DNA from: Eledone cirrhosa
Lineage: Eukaryota
Length of the DNA: 64,000 nucleotides
NCBI GenBank assembly: GCA_964016885.1
Contig: OZ024740.1
Span: forward strand, 155,310,001 to 155,374,000
Direction of reading: 5' to 3'
In this document: one piece after another, positions 1-13,413 of the stretch
Numbering within the stretch: the first letter of the stretch is position 1
Layout: every line of letters starts with the position of its first letter
Made by a program: the position numbers and the translations under genes
Notes under the pieces: model-generated
What the model was told of the DNA's origin: nothing
What the model saw: only the letters and a program-made list of their open reading frames with translations
Database searches by the model: none

Positions 1-190
1 AATTGTTTCTACTATTGGCACAAGGCCAGAAATTACCCAGTACATTACTGGTACTTTATTTTATCGACCCCGTAAGGATGAAAGGCAAAGTTAACCTCGG
101 CGGGATTTGAACTCAGAATAGCAAGGGCCGTAACTCTATGCATCAAAGCATGGCGTCCGACTCTCTACCGATACTGCCAATCCACCGCCA
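1..190 (-). mobile_element. tRNA-derived SINE (family A)
   Basis: Reverse strand has A-box-like TGGCAGTATCGG and B-box GAGTTCAAATCC, then the body GCCTTTCATCCTTACGGGGTCGATAAAATAAAGTACCAG; recurs about 8 times in the first 12.5 kb. Confidence 0.85.
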
Positions 191-1281
191 TCTTTGCATA
201 AAATAATACTATTTAATTGAAATGAAGAAAAAAAAGGGAATTAAGAAATGAAAGAAATAGAGAGGGAGGGATTCAATAACTCAATCTGAATGGTGTGACA
301 AACAGAGTAGCAAAGGCATTGCTACAAAGAATGACCAGTGACACCTGCTGCAATAGCCGCCCCACCCCACGAGGTTCCTTCTTGAGGTGGGATTGCAGAG
401 GAAATTAGCAGTGCAAGGACATCAGAGCTCTCTACTGGTGACTGGTGTGAAAAGGAAGTAATTGGTCAAGCCCTAGTTTTTGTTTCTCTTCCCTGTTTGC
501 ATTGCAGGTGCTGAGCTTTGAGGACAGAAGCAGCGAAGTTGGAGGCAGAGAAGGAATCAACATGTTGCATCCCAGATTAGAGATATACCTCCTCAAATGG
601 GAAGTGGGTTCTTCTGACAGGGGGGAAGAGAAGTTGCCAGCAGGACAGGAGGCGGGGTTATGAAGAACAGAACAGGGGTAGGGCTATAAATTATAGTTGA
701 CCTCCAGCCTGATGGGTAGAGTTATGGGGGGGGGGAGGGGATTTTACACTCTTTAAGTCATTATTTCCTTCTTTCTTTTCTCTTCTCTTCATAGGTAGTA
801 GGGTAGTTGCTTACTGTCAACATGCTCTGTGTGAGTGGTGTAAAAGGTGTGTTTATATTTGAGAGAGAGAGAGAGAGGGGGGGAGGGAGGGAGAGAGAGA
901 GAGCGACCAGTTGAGTTATGGGGATAAGATGAAAGAGTGAGGCTATAGGAGAAAGAAGGTGGTCAAAATAGGTTGTAGGGATAAAGCACTGCATGTGTGC
1001 GTGTGTGTATGTGTGCATGTCTTTGTGTGTGTATCATAAGAATGATCAATAAAAAAAACCCACAGCTTCCCATTTTTTTATGGTCAGTTGAGGTCTTTTG
1101 AGACAAGAAAATTCAACATGGATAAGGTGGGACTTACATCAAATTATTATACATAAATTGATGAATAAAAAATCCTGTCTGGCATTCTGAAGTAGATGTG
1201 ACATGATTGTAGGGTGACATATATGATTATTATACATAAACATACTGTATATGCCATCAAATACACCCCAACTCTCTCTCT

Positions 1282-1312
<31 letters not shown>

Positions 1313-1710
1313 GGTGTCCTTCCAAAATGTATACATACTTCAACAGCATTCTAATCAAAGTGTGTATATATTTTTTTACCCATCCTGTATAGTTACACAC
1401 ATACAAACACATATATATGTGTACATGTGTGTGTGTGTTTATTGTATGTACACTTTAATTCAGTTATCAGTTACAAAACAAAAAACAAATTTCAAAACCA
1501 GAAAATAATAAAAAAGAAGGAAAACCCCACTTATTTTACTTAAAAGTTTAATCATTCATATTAATGCTGTTAATAGTATTGTGTGTGCGTGTATATCTCT
1601 CTCTCTATATATATATGTAGAGAGAGAGAGACAAATATACACACACACAATGTATATATATATTGATTGATTGTGAGCTACCAGTTAGACTAGTAAAACC
1701 ATATTCAGCC

Positions 1711-1738
1711 AAGTACTCAATACTTGGGAAAGTAGAGT
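1711..1738 (-). other. Bulged-hairpin motif of a decayed PLE 3' tail
   Basis: Minus strand reads ACTC-TACTT-tccc-AAGTA-TT-GAGT-ACTT, near-identical to the motif at 34070-34097 in a Naiad-like tail; no intact HHR seen upstream. Confidence 0.55.
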
Positions 1739-2149
1739 GTATTTGATTGAATACATATAAAAATGAGAAAACTCATCGCTAGAACAGCTGTTAAAGTCAG
1801 CGATGGGCAAACATGCCAGAGAACAGAGGCCAGTGGTCAACATAGAGACAATCCACAAGGTGAGTGACAGGCAGATGAAATATAGAAATATTGAAAGAGG
1901 AAGAGGACAAGAAGTGCACAAGCACACATAGGTTACTAGAAGAAGGGAATGAAGAACGGTGATGTACAAGACAAGTTTACACACATACATCTCCATCCTC
2001 TTCAACTCTGAAACCACGAAAATGATTTCGCCCAATATAAATATATTTGGTACTCTCCCCCATAAAATGGGGGAGAGTACCAAATAATATTTCTAGTTCT
2101 AGTTTTTTGTTTGGTTTACTATTTAAGTTGAATTGCTTATTGTTATTAT

Positions 2150-2337
2150 AATTGTTTCTACTTTTGGCACAAGGCCAGCAATTACCCAGTACATTACTGG
2201 TACTTTATTTTATCGACCCCGTAAGGATGAAAGGCAAAGTGGACCTCGGTGGGATTTGAACTCAGAATGGAAAGCGCCGTAACTCTATGCATCAAAGCAT
2301 GACGTCCGACCCTCTACCGATACTGCCAACCCACCGC
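2150..2337 (-). mobile_element. tRNA-derived SINE (family A)
   Basis: Highly similar to 1-190. Confidence 0.85.
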
Positions 2338-2339
2338 CT

Positions 2340-2538
2340 GTTATTATAATGAATTCTAGGATGATTTATCATGTTATTGTTATCGAAGTATATAATAGAA
2401 TAAATATGTTTTTATAAATATAGTTTCCATTTATTTAATATCATTGATATTATACTCCAGAAAATCTGTCGAGTGCTTCAAATCAGTTATAAACATATAT
2501 ATTTGTTGAATTACCAACAAATTAAATATCCCTTTTGC
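2340..2538 (+). mobile_element. Decayed PLE 3' tail related to the 16375-16880 family
   Basis: Shares ATAAATATG(G/T)TTTTATAAATATAGTTTCCATTT with 16838-16869; carries bulged hairpin ACTC-CAGA-aaa-TCTG-TC-GAGT-GCTTC at 2454-2479. Confidence 0.55.
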
Positions 2539-2656
2539 TTATATATATATATATATATATCTACACACATATATATCATCATCATCATCATCATATATAT
2601 ATATATATACGCATGCATACATATACACCTATGTGTGTGTGCACATATATATATAT

Positions 2657-2847
2657 ATAACGAAGGAAATGTGGTAAGGAACCAGGTGGACCATAATGCA
2701 CCAAAGTACTCAATACTTAGGGTAGTAGAGTGGGTAATAGGAACGAGTAGGACCCCGACGGCTGAGCTCAAGCCGTATCGACGGCTAATTCTGGACAGAA
2801 TTAGCCGTCGAAACGGCTTGAGCTCAGCCGTCGGGGTCCTACTCGTT
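2657..2847. mobile_element. Fold-back mini-insertion of a Naiad-like PLE tail in (TA)n
   Basis: 2657-2796 is the reverse complement of about 34005-34143; 2797-2847 is a near-perfect inverted copy of about 2742-2793; (TA)n on both sides. Confidence 0.85.
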
Positions 2848-3029
2848 ATATATATATATAAGAGAGTGTTGAAGTTTGCTTGAAGCATTCTGGAATAATA
2901 AAAATAGTCGTTTTGGAAGCCTCAACAATGCAGATGGGTAAATCTCCGGGTAACAGAATCAGGTGGTAATGAGAGAGAGATGTAGGAGGAAGCGTAGAAA
3001 GAGACGTAGAGAGCGTAAAGGAATGTAGG

Positions 3030-3497
3030 ATATATCAAGTTGTATTCCTGTCTGTCTGTTTGTTTGTTTGTTCACAAACTACTCCTATGGTTTTGGAGAT
3101 AGACCCCTATAACCATATATATTCTGAAACTACATTGCCCAGAGTACTTGGATAAGTATATTTCATTTTAATCAAAGGGTTCCCCGGGGGCACAAAACCC
3201 CCGTTGAAAATTTTTTCCCTTCGATTTATATGAAATATAAACCATAGGTAAATGACAAGATATGATGTCTATTCATAAAAGTTTTGAATTGATATTTTGA
3301 AAAAAATTATTTACAAGAAACAAAATTTAATAATGTAATTTTGATTTGATATATTACAAAAGATAATGTTTTCCAATTTTTTATGTATTACATTTTACAT
3401 TAAGTAATATTGAAATGCAGAGTTTTTCTCCATAAATTATATTACTGATTTAAAATCAATCATCATTTTCTTACCAAGGTGCAGGTAATTCGGCTAG
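3030..3497 (+). mobile_element. Possible non-autonomous Helitron-like element
   Basis: 5' (CTGT/TTGT)n microsatellite; 3' end GGTAATTCGG-CTAG followed by T with an imperfect subterminal hairpin; 5' boundary uncertain. Confidence 0.4.
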
Positions 3498-3919
3498 TGT
3501 ATATATATATATTGAGAATATCTATTTCAAAAATAATAAAAATCTAAGAAAAATAATTACTTCCTGCATGGTTTATGAGTGGGTTTTTCTATTAGCAACA
3601 GTAATATGACAATGCTAATTGTAATGAAGTAAATATAATTTCATCACCAACATGAACATAATAGTTTTAACATCCTGTTAGTTTTCTACTCAACCCACAC
3701 ACCATGATAAAATAGAGAGAAATATTAATCCACTTGATTGACTTATACTTCCTATCATAAACTGAACTCAGAGGACTCTGATTGGATTTAATCTGTGAAG
3801 ATTATATTTCATTAACACCTTTTAACTTTTGATTCACTGATGATGTATTGTTACTATAATGACAGATTAACCATGGCCTTTGTTGCTTTCTTCCAGCACC
3901 ACTGCTATCACCTTCATTA

Positions 3920-4265
3920 TTCATTCATTCCTTATTTTCAGGCATTATCTGTCCACTACAAAATGAAGGTCTTCTCCAAATCAGTGTAAATTGTTCCTAT
4001 TTCATGCCACTCTCATCCAAATACTGCCCATAAACTTATTAATTTCATCACTCCTCCTTGTCCTCTTCCTTCCTTGACTATGTGACTATCACCTTGCTCT
4101 CCCATGCTCTACATAACTTGGTCCGGCTGTACATGCTACATACTCTACCCACTTGGAATTTTTCATAATATTTCATGATGTTTTGTATTTTTGTTTGCTC
4201 TCTTCTTACCCACTGATAAATTTTTCTGTCCTTTTTAGTGATTCCCAGCATGCATCTATCCACTA
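3920..4265 (-). pseudogene. Old RTE-type LINE 3' remnant
   Basis: MDRCMLGITKKDRK..WVR..TKI resembles the post-RT region of RTE ORFs; heavily decayed. Confidence 0.5.
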
Positions 4266-4759
4266 CTACAATAGTTTCAGTTTTCTAGCTCCAGAATCCA
4301 TCATAACATATTATCAACACTTTAGCCAGCAGCATTATAACATGCTGCCTGCCTATACACATACATCACATGCAGAGCAAAACAGAATAACACTTAAAGA
4401 CTATTAACACTTTTGGTTATCAACAAGTGTGACATCCAAGCTGCAATGGTTATATCAATATAAAACCGGTTTTTAAAATGTTTATATCTAAATTAAAATA
4501 TTCCATCATTTTATATAAGAATCATTATTAATTAAGTTATATTCCAAACATCAGCTTGATAATGGCACATTTAATTATTTTACAAAACACCTACAAATTC
4601 TTGATTATTTTCTAAATTAATTCAAATAAAGCAAAGGATTGTATATGGATTAGGTCACAAACGAAGACATGTCAAAAGCACAGATAATGTGCAGTAGCCT
4701 GTTGCAGCCTCAATGGCATTTAACACTTCTGTAACTTTATATATTTGTTATGTTATGTG

Positions 4760-4932
4760 AAGGCACATGGCTTAGTAGTTAGTGAGTTGGATTCGCAATA
4801 GTGAGGTTGCGAGTTCAATTCTCGGACTGGGCGATGCACTGTGTCCTTAAGCAAAACACTTTATTTCATGTTATTCCTTCTACTAGGAGTTGCGACCAGT
4901 AGATAGTATCAGCAATGATTGTTTCCTTTTTT
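4760..4932 (+). mobile_element. tRNA-derived SINE (family C, oligo-T 3' end)
   Basis: TGGCTTAGTAG A-box, GAGTTCAATTCT B-box; 3' part GGAGTTGCGACC..TAGATAGTAT matches 46171-46392; ends in TTTTTT. Confidence 0.7.
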
Positions 4933-5381
4933 AATTTAACCTTTTTGGTACCTGGTCAAAATCAACTGGTTCCATGAAACAAAACCATCTATTTTAAAGG
5001 GTTCTTATTCAAATAAAAAAAAAGATAATTTTATATAAATTCTATCTTAGTAATGAAATAATAATTTTAGCAAAGCCCCTGTAAATTTTTCATTAATTAA
5101 TTGAATTAGAGCTTATTTTAATACAGGTGGTTTCAAGTGGAATGGTATTAAAAGCTACAAGCTATTAATATGCCAACCTTTTAATAGAAAAAGTAATCAT
5201 TTGTCTCCTATTACCTGCATTACATTATGTCAATGGTAAAGATTCAAACACTCCTTACCAATGTTGTTTAACAGTAAAAACATCAACCCTTTTCTGACCA
5301 TATTTCTAATGAAATACACTCTATTTGAATTATTTAATGAAGAGGTTTGAAAGATTTCCTAAAATTATTATTTTCATTATT

Positions 5382-5590
5382 GGTTTCTTATTTGGGCACA
5401 AGGCCAACAATTTATGGGGAAAGTCGATTAAATTAATACCAGTGTATTACTGATACTTTATTTTATTGACCCTGTAATGATGAAAGGCAAAGCTAACCTT
5501 GGTAGGATTTGAACTTAGATCATCATAAAGAGGCGGAACCCTAGCCATAAAGCATGTTGTCTGACACTCTACCGAAGATAGTAACTTAAC
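5382..5590 (-). mobile_element. Diverged SINE family A
   Basis: GGCACAAGGCC...TACTTTATTTTATTGACCC...GATGAAAGGCAAAG...GGATTTGAAC. Confidence 0.7.
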
Positions 5591-6733
5591 ACACTTTTTT
5601 AATATAAAATTAGGTTGGAAGATATTAATTTAAATAGAAACCTTATAAAATGTTTGGGTTGTTTTCATAGAAAGAGTGCTAGTTTTGGCTGAGTTAGTAT
5701 ACTTCTTCTTCGCCCACTTATTCCTGAGAGGGTTGTGGGGGCAGAGTCCTCAAATTTAAATTAGTATTAAAAAAGTTACTTGGTTATAATTAAAAACTTC
5801 CATCTTTGTGTGGTTTGTAAAGTGATGTTTTATCAGTCCTACTCTTTAAATTAATGTTAAGATGCTGAGTATGCTATAGACATGTGTACCCTTAACATAA
5901 TTCTTTGCAGAATCAGAATGACACACTGTGACAAAGCTGAAGCTTTGAATCACAGGTAGAATGAATCTCATGAGCTTCCAGACAATTTCCCTCAAAAGGC
6001 TTGAGTCAACAAGAGGGTAAAAGTTGCTAAAGCCGCAGATGTCACCACGAAATGGGATCAAACCTGAGTCCTTGTGATGTTGAATCAAATTTCTTCACCA
6101 CTCAACCATGCCTACAACAAACACACATAATTATGTATATACAGACACACATGCACACACACACACACATGCACATAGACACACACATACACGCACACAC
6201 ATATCTTAAGATAAAATATAATTTGTTTAGATATTAATTAAAAACAAAAAACTAAGACAGCAACAAACAAAAAAAATGAAATACACTTACCATATTAATG
6301 GAAATATTGAATAAATAGCCAGGATATGACACATGAAAAATGTAAAAACAAACACCATAACACATCTGAAAAATAGATAAAAGAAATGATATAAATATCA
6401 AGAACAAAATAATTGTCACAAGAAAAACAGATTTTTGATGTTCACCTAAAAAACAAATACAAACAAACAGCACAAAGAAAAACAAACAAAAAAACAAACA
6501 ATAAAACAAAACTAATTAATTATTTTTGTTTTGTTTTTTTATCATTTAAAATGTAAAGAGATGAATTATTCAATTAATTTCTGATGAAGTTTGAAATAAA
6601 AGCTTTGTTTTAATTTGGGGAAGAAAAGAAGAAAAATATAAAGGAATAGGAAAACTGATCAGTTTGTTTTATTAAGTTTGAGTTTAGTAGTAACCATAAA
6701 TTGTATATCAATTATAATGTGACAAGGTCAGGG

Positions 6734-6769
<36 letters not shown>

Positions 6770-6809
6770 AGCATGTATATGTGTATGTGTGTTTGCATGT
6801 GTGTCTTAA

Positions 6810-6999
6810 CCCTTTAAGACCAGAATTCTCTCCCCTCTTTCTGTTCAAACCAGATGTAATTGGTCACTCATGCTGATGTTAAGGTATTGTTCTCAAATAA
6901 AAAAAAACATCAAAATCTCATAGATTCAATATTATGTGAGATAAAGCCTATACCACAAAAATACAATAGTAAATACAGAGTAATGCAAATGCTAAAGGG
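6810..6999. mobile_element. piggyBac-type MITE
   Basis: TTAA|CCCTTTA ... TAAAGGG|TTAA: short TIRs starting with CCC and a TTAA target duplication. Confidence 0.55.
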
Positions 7000-7248
7000 T
7001 TAATTTGCAGTAACACTAACACTGTGATTAAGAACAAAGACATATATAAAAGCATATACAACATGTTTGTGTATAATAAACAAATATAAGTCTCACTGTA
7101 GATATTTTAAGCTGTGATCATGTCACATTTACCTAAATACCAAGTAAGAACACTAAATACTAGCATTTTAAGATTTTTATCCATCTTTAGTGACTCAGTA
7201 CTGAGGCAAAATAAGCTATCAGATAATATATAGATTTTTTTCAAATAA

Positions 7249-7452
7249 TGGTTTCTGATATAAGTCAGCAATTTTTGAGAGAAGGGAAAGTTGATTAAAT
7301 TGACCCCAGAGTGTAACTGGTACTTTATTTTATCGACCCCTTAAGGATGAAAGACAAAGCTAACCATGGTGGGATTTGAACTCAGAACGTAAAAGGACGT
7401 AACTCTGCCGTGAAGCATGGTGTCCAAAGCTCTACTGATATGGCCAATCCCT
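7249..7452 (-). mobile_element. SINE family A
   Basis: Same core as 1-190. Confidence 0.75.
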
Positions 7453-9417
7453 CAATCAATGATTGCAAAAGGACAAAAGATAAAGTTGACCATAGTGAGA
7501 TTTGAACTCACAGCACAAGAACACAGCAAAGCATTTAATCTGAGCCCTAATAACTCAGCATTGGGTGACCCACTGTAGTACTAAATCAAAATGAAATGGT
7601 TATGGTCTTTTCTGTAAATTTTTCACAATATATTCTTGTATTTCTTGTTTATTATACACTCTTCATTTATATATTGTATTTATTTATTAGAAATGTTGGG
7701 TGGTTGGAGGAAGGTTTCAATGCACCTCTATATTCTTTGATATTTCAAAACACACACAGAGAATACCTACAGGAACCACTCAATAACTCTCTAACTGGGT
7801 TAAATTATTAATGTAGGTGAGTGGGTACAAAGTTCAGATCATCAAGTGTGTTCAGTGGAAGGGAAACACAAAACACATCCTAATACACACACACACACAC
7901 ACATATATATCCTAATAAACACCTACGTACACACACACATGTACGCATACATATTGAAACATATGCACATGTGTGTGTGTATTAGCCATTTTGTTATAGG
8001 GCCCTAGTGATCAATAAAGAAACAATTATTATATTACTAATGAAAGACACTGCTCAAGTATTTCAATTATTTTTTAAATAATTAGAAATTCAGAGAAATT
8101 TAGTAAAACAACTAAATTTCTCATTATCAATGTGATGTTTGGAACATGACTTAACAAACCATTCTCACATAAAATTATGATAAAAGGTTTCAATATAGGT
8201 ATGAACAATTTAAAATGGGCAGTTTTGTACCATAGAACCAGGGGCAATTACCATTAGGGTTGATGTCAAAATACTTTATGGAAGCATCCTTAAAACACAA
8301 TAGAGGCCACATTTAAAAAAATACTCAGTACATATTAATATGTAGAGCTTATACATGTTAGTAGAACTGGCTGATGACATGGATCAGCATACATGAATTC
8401 AGTTATACAATGACAGTTTCAATAACATAAACTCTAAATATTTAATGTCTATTGGGTACTTCATTAAATGTTGTCTCTTTTGTGTTTTAAGTATGGACAA
8501 CTGAAATGTATATGCGTGCCTGTGTGTATTTATATCTGTACAGTCTAAAAACCAGTATAGTTTATATTAGATACTCTTTATGTACCATAATGCAGAAGTT
8601 CAAGAAATAGAAATAGATAATATTAGTAACAGACTTAAATAAGCACTGGGATCGATATGATTGACTAAACCTTTGAAGGTGATGCCCCAATACAGCCAAA
8701 GTCCAATGATTGAAAGCAGTAAAAGAATAAAATAATACATGCATATAAATAAATAATTATCAATCAGAGAGAGGAAAATAAATAATGAATTGCAGAGAAT
8801 GACAGCAATAGAGCCAATTATGAATGTTGTGAAGAGCAATGGAATGAGGTGGTTGGGTCTTGTATTGTAAATGAATGGGTGAGAGGAGTGATAGAAATGA
8901 ATGTGGAAAGAAGTAGTGAAGTCCAAGAAATAGAAGACTATAGATGGAAGAGAAAATGAAACCCAGGGAGCTGATGAAGAGGGATGCAGACAGTGCCGGA
9001 TTTAGGACAAATAAAGCCTTGTGATAGTTAAGTTATGAGGCCCCTTACTTGGGCCCTGAAGAAGGTAAAAAAAATTTGTTGGCAGCAAGATGAGCTCCCC
9101 TGGTCAAAGAGGCACTGTGATTAAGTACACCTAAGCACAATGGTAAATCTGGCCTGGATGCAGATGATAGGGAAAAAGAAGCGTGATGCCCGACAAGGCA
9201 TGTTATATACATATATAACAAAATACCTGTTGTATAAACAGTTTCATATTAGTCTCAGTTCACTCACCAGCATGCTAGAACTATGAATCAAACCAAAGAG
9301 TCTAAAGAACAGGATTAATTCCCACAAAGTGATTTAGTCTGATATTCCATCTTACCTATTATATAATATCAACTTGAACATTTTAGAGTTGTTGTTGTTG
9401 TTATTATTATTAATTAA

Positions 9418-9633
9418 GGGCAGTGTATTGGCAGTATCGGTAGAGCATCGGACACCCTGCTTTGCAGTATAGAGTAACTGACCTTTACGTCCCGAGTTCA
9501 AATTTTGCCGAGGTTAGCTTTACCTTTCATCCTTGAAGGGTCGATAAAATAAAGTGCCAGTCACGCACTGGTGTCGATTTAATCGACTTTCCCCTTCCAT
9601 CAAAATTGCTGGCCTTGTGCTTAAATCAGAAAC

Positions 9634-9635
<2 letters not shown>
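9418..9635 (+). mobile_element. SINE family A with (ATT)n tail
   Basis: TGGCAGTATCGG, GAGTTCAAATT, core, then (ATT)n. Confidence 0.8.
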
Positions 9636-9666
<31 letters not shown>

Positions 9667-9679
9667 CATTTCCTAAAAG

Positions 9680-9880
9680 ATGGTAGATAGAATCATTAGA
9701 AAGTTGGATAAAATGCTCTCCAGAATATGGTTACAGTTCTTTACATTCTGAGTTCAAGTCCTGCCGAGGTAATTTTACCTTCTGTGGCCAATAAAATAAA
9801 GTACCACTCAAGTATTGGGGATCAATATAACTGGCTTTCTCCTCCCCTAAATTGCTGGCCTTGTGCCTTAATTTGCTCCA
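9680..9880 (+). mobile_element. Diverged SINE family A
   Basis: GAGTTCAAGTCC, ATAAAATAAAGTACC, TTGCTGGCCTTGTGCC. Confidence 0.65.
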
Positions 9881-10178
9881 ATTATTATTAATTTCTGAAG
9901 GATTGGAGTGTTTGCAGCAGTATCTGAATTGTTGTAATGGCTATGCGGATAACAAAAAGGAAAATTGTGGTACACAGTAGACCATAGAACCTGCACAATT
10001 CCTAATAGCAACAATGCAGCTTAGCAAAGCTGGAGGGAGTGGTATGTCTCACTGTCACTGGAGGTGCTGAAATTGATGAGATCTTCAATTGACAGCTGAT
10101 GAAAGAAATGTCTCACAGTATGTAGAATATTATAATTATCATGAGTTTAATTATTATTATTATTTTGTTTTGACCTTT

Positions 10179-10350
10179 GGTAGATTGGCAGAGTTGTTAG
10201 AGCATTGGACAAATGCTTAGCAGAATTTGTTTTTCAATTCAAATCCTGCCAAGGTCAACTTAAGTCAATAAAATTAAGTACCAGTCAAACACTGGGGTTA
10301 ATATAATCAACTTTCCATTTCCCACATAATTGTGCTTAAATTAGAAATCA
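10179..10350 (+). mobile_element. Diverged SINE family A
   Basis: TTCAAATCCTGCCAAGGTCAACT, AAGTACCAGTCAAACACTGGGG. Confidence 0.6.
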
Positions 10351-10644
10351 TTATTTTGTCCTGCTTGATATAGCATCCAAATCTCATTGAAATCACACTA
10401 GCATCTTTAATAAGAGAAGGAGCCATTCCTAGATACTCCTTACAGCAACAGAATGGTACAAGCTGGAACCCTGGCCAATCAAGGCTAATCTGGAGCTGAA
10501 CAACAACAACAATGACAACACTGTCATGAAGTAGATAAATAAGAAAAATCAAATAATTGAAACATAACACCAAAGAGTGAGGGAGAGAGATAAAAGAAAG
10601 ACAGCAAATTGATTGAGAGAAAGAGAGCGAGAGAGTGAGGTGTG

Positions 10645-10646
<2 letters not shown>

Positions 10647-10725
<79 letters not shown>
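10647..10725. repeat. (GT)n microsatellite
   Basis: Directly visible. Confidence 0.95.
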
Positions 10726-10727
<2 letters not shown>

Positions 10728-12154
10728 ACTAATTGTATCACAATCCAGTAATGAATTATTGCTTCAGTCGTAAGCCTGGAATCAATGTCCTATAAGTTGA
10801 ATAATAGGCAAAGTAAGATCAATATACCTGTAATAGGGAATTGATGTCATAGGTGTGTATATGGGGAGGGGGTTAATATAGGAGGAAGGTTGTGACGGAG
10901 TTGAGTTAGCAAACAACATTTGCCATCTGTGAGTACATAGGCAGGGGCTGAGTGAGTGTATATATATGTACACATCTATATGCACGAGTACACCAATATA
11001 TATATAATCATTATCATCATCATCATTTAACGTCCATCTTCCAAGCTAGCTTGGGTAGAGCGGGGTGTCCTTTTGTGAAAGATCAGGTCGGAGGCCTGTG
11101 ATTCGCTCACACAGAACTGATTTTGGCTTGGTTTCTGCGCCAATCACATTTACAGTGTGTGCTGGGTGCTTTATACATACATATTAAATGTTAATTAGTC
11201 TCCAATACTTAAACATCTCAATGTCTATCTGGTTTGTACTTCCATAAATTGAGTTTTTTCTCACTTAAATTTATTATATAATATATATATATATATATAA
11301 TGAATGGTCCTCCTTCAATTTCATGGATGAGTACTCACTTGTTGAATCAGCTAGACTGTCTACTCGTTAAATTGACATGTAATTAAGTAGTTGAGTATTA
11401 CACAAATTTGTGTAGCTGTAACATAATTCTTAGATCAAATAAGCAGGATGTAATCACATTATGTGATCACATACTGGACCTTTGAATTATAAGTACAATC
11501 CATCTGACAGAAATCTACTCAATTTCACTTACTTAGACTGACTCAAAGTTATGGTAGAAGACACTTGCTCAATGTGTTACATAGCGGGATTGAACCTGAA
11601 CTCTCAAGATTATGAAGCAAACTTCTTGACTGCATAGCCATATTTGTGTCATACAATAAACACACACATCATTGTCATCATTTTACAACTGCTTTCCACA
11701 GTGGCATAAGTTGGATGGGGGTGTGGTCCAAGTCAGTTCATATTCAGACGTTTAGATGAGTTGGCAGACATATCTCACTCCATGTCCCATTTTTGACATG
11801 ATTTATACAGCTGAATGCCCTTCTTATTCCCAACAACTTTACTGAGTGTGCTGGATGTAATGTATCATGAGACAAGCACTAGAGAGGTTGTCATACTAGA
11901 CAAGTATAAAGAGCTCTCTCTGCCTTACTATAAAAATGAGTGTGCTCTTAACCCTTTCATAACCATATTTCTAATGATATACATTGTATTTCATTTAATT
12001 AATTGTTTCTACTTTAGGCACAAGGCCAGCAATTACCCAGTGCATTACTTTAATTAATGAAGAATTTGAAGGATCTACAAAAATATTAGTTCATTATTAT
12101 AGATGGTGTTACAATAACATAAGATTCTTATATATTATCATCATTACTATTAGA

Positions 12155-12330
12155 TGGTGGTGGATTGGCAGTATCGTTAGAGGGTCGGACGCATAGAGTT
12201 ATGGCCCTTGCCATTCTGAGTTCAAATCCTGCCGAGGTTAACTTTGCCTTTCATCCTTACGGGGTCGATAAAATAAAGTACCAGTAATGCACTGGGTATT
12301 TGCTGGCCTTGTGCCAAAAGTAGAAACAAT
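12155..12330 (+). mobile_element. SINE family A
   Basis: Near-identical to the reverse complement of 1-190. Confidence 0.85.
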
Positions 12331-12489
12331 TATCATCATTACTATTTAACATCTATTTTCCAAGCTTGCATGGAACTCTTTGTTTCAGAGAACTAAAAGC
12401 ACTCACATACTCACCAACCTAAAATTCATTCTCTGAATTCCCCCTCCTCTCACTCTCTTCACTGTCACACAATGTAAGATATATATATA

Positions 12490-12740
12490 TTTCATTTCAT
12501 AATTTGTTTTGCAAGATTTCTTATCTGAAAATGTGTGTTGAAACAGATATAGTTATACAAGATGGTGCAGGACAGAACAAAGGAGAGACACAAAATAAGA
12601 AATCAGTCACTGAGGAGGTCACAGAATGTGTAACGAAAGAGCTTTGACAATATATAAATTGGAAATCTATAATAAATTGAAGTGTGGACGAAACACTGTT
12701 AGCAATTAAAGATATACCTATGTTCTAAGCGCTCTTTGTT
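12490..12740 (+). mobile_element. Short PLE 3' fragment (related to the 37251-38556 family) with an inverted tail at its 5' side
   Basis: 12505-12558 resembles 37262-37316; the HHR and the following ATAATAAATTGAAGTG match the reverse complement of 37366-37501. Confidence 0.7.
12606..12648 (+). ncRNA. Minimal type I hammerhead ribozyme
   Basis: GTCA-CTGAGGA-gGTCACA gaatg TGTAAC-GAAA-gagc-TT^TGAC; stem I GTCA/TGAC. Confidence 0.7.
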
Positions 12741-12771
12741 GTTAATTGTATGTATGTATGTATGTATGTAT

Positions 12772-13378
12772 GTCAGGTCATCAGTTGGTGCTACTGGTAA
12801 GTATCCCAGTATAACCTGTCTCATGGTCGGGTCGTTGGCGACTAAATTGGCAACCCCACCAAGGTTTCTTGGTGAGGAGGGTGACTTAGGACATCCTGCA
12901 GGACTAAAAACAAAACCTGTCAAAGGGCAAAGGAGCTCTTAAGAGTCAATGGCCATCCAAAATCACCGGGAGAGATGACCCCTTAGCCTTTGTCAAGGCA
13001 GAATTCTAGGAGAAGGAAAACTCTGATATAACACCTGCAACCCTGATGGTATCCAATGATGTTGACTTGATCTTCTTTTTGGTAAATATCATCTTGGTTA
13101 AGAGAGTGGGACTGGCTTTGTGCAGTGCCTTTGCTCACTATAAAAGCTTCACGGCACAGGCATTGCTTTATATCTGGAGATCTCTCTGCACTTGTCGTCA
13201 CATGGTACCATGGGCCCAGCACTATGTGTCAATAATTGTCGCAAGTGTAGTGTTTGTACCAGAGTTTTCAAGTCGCTGGCTGGACTAAAAAGTCACACTC
13301 GTTCAGCGCATCAGTAGGGGTTCTCCTACATGGATATAAAGTAGTGGCCGTACTCGAAAACGAGTTGGCAACCACCAT
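12772..13378 (+). mobile_element. Non-autonomous bipartite RTE derivative, copy 1
   Basis: RTE-like 5' UTR motif GGAGAAGGAAAACTCTGAT; 13243-13317 encodes KCSVCTRVFKSLAGLKSHTRSAHQ* (C2H2); the 3' terminus resembles that of the RTE at 15577-15608; (TGTA)n flanks. Confidence 0.75.
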
Positions 13379-13413
13379 GTATGTATGTATATATGTATGT
13401 ATGTATGTATTAT

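Noticed and set aside
3838-10110. Isolated CTGATGA heptamers (near 3838, 6581, 8371, 8972, 10096)
   Set aside because: No supporting stems with a GAAA..UH arrangement; expected by chance.
1-12480. Host gene exons among the short ORFs
   Set aside because: They are low-complexity or repeat-derived with no recognisable domains; very small exons cannot be excluded by eye.
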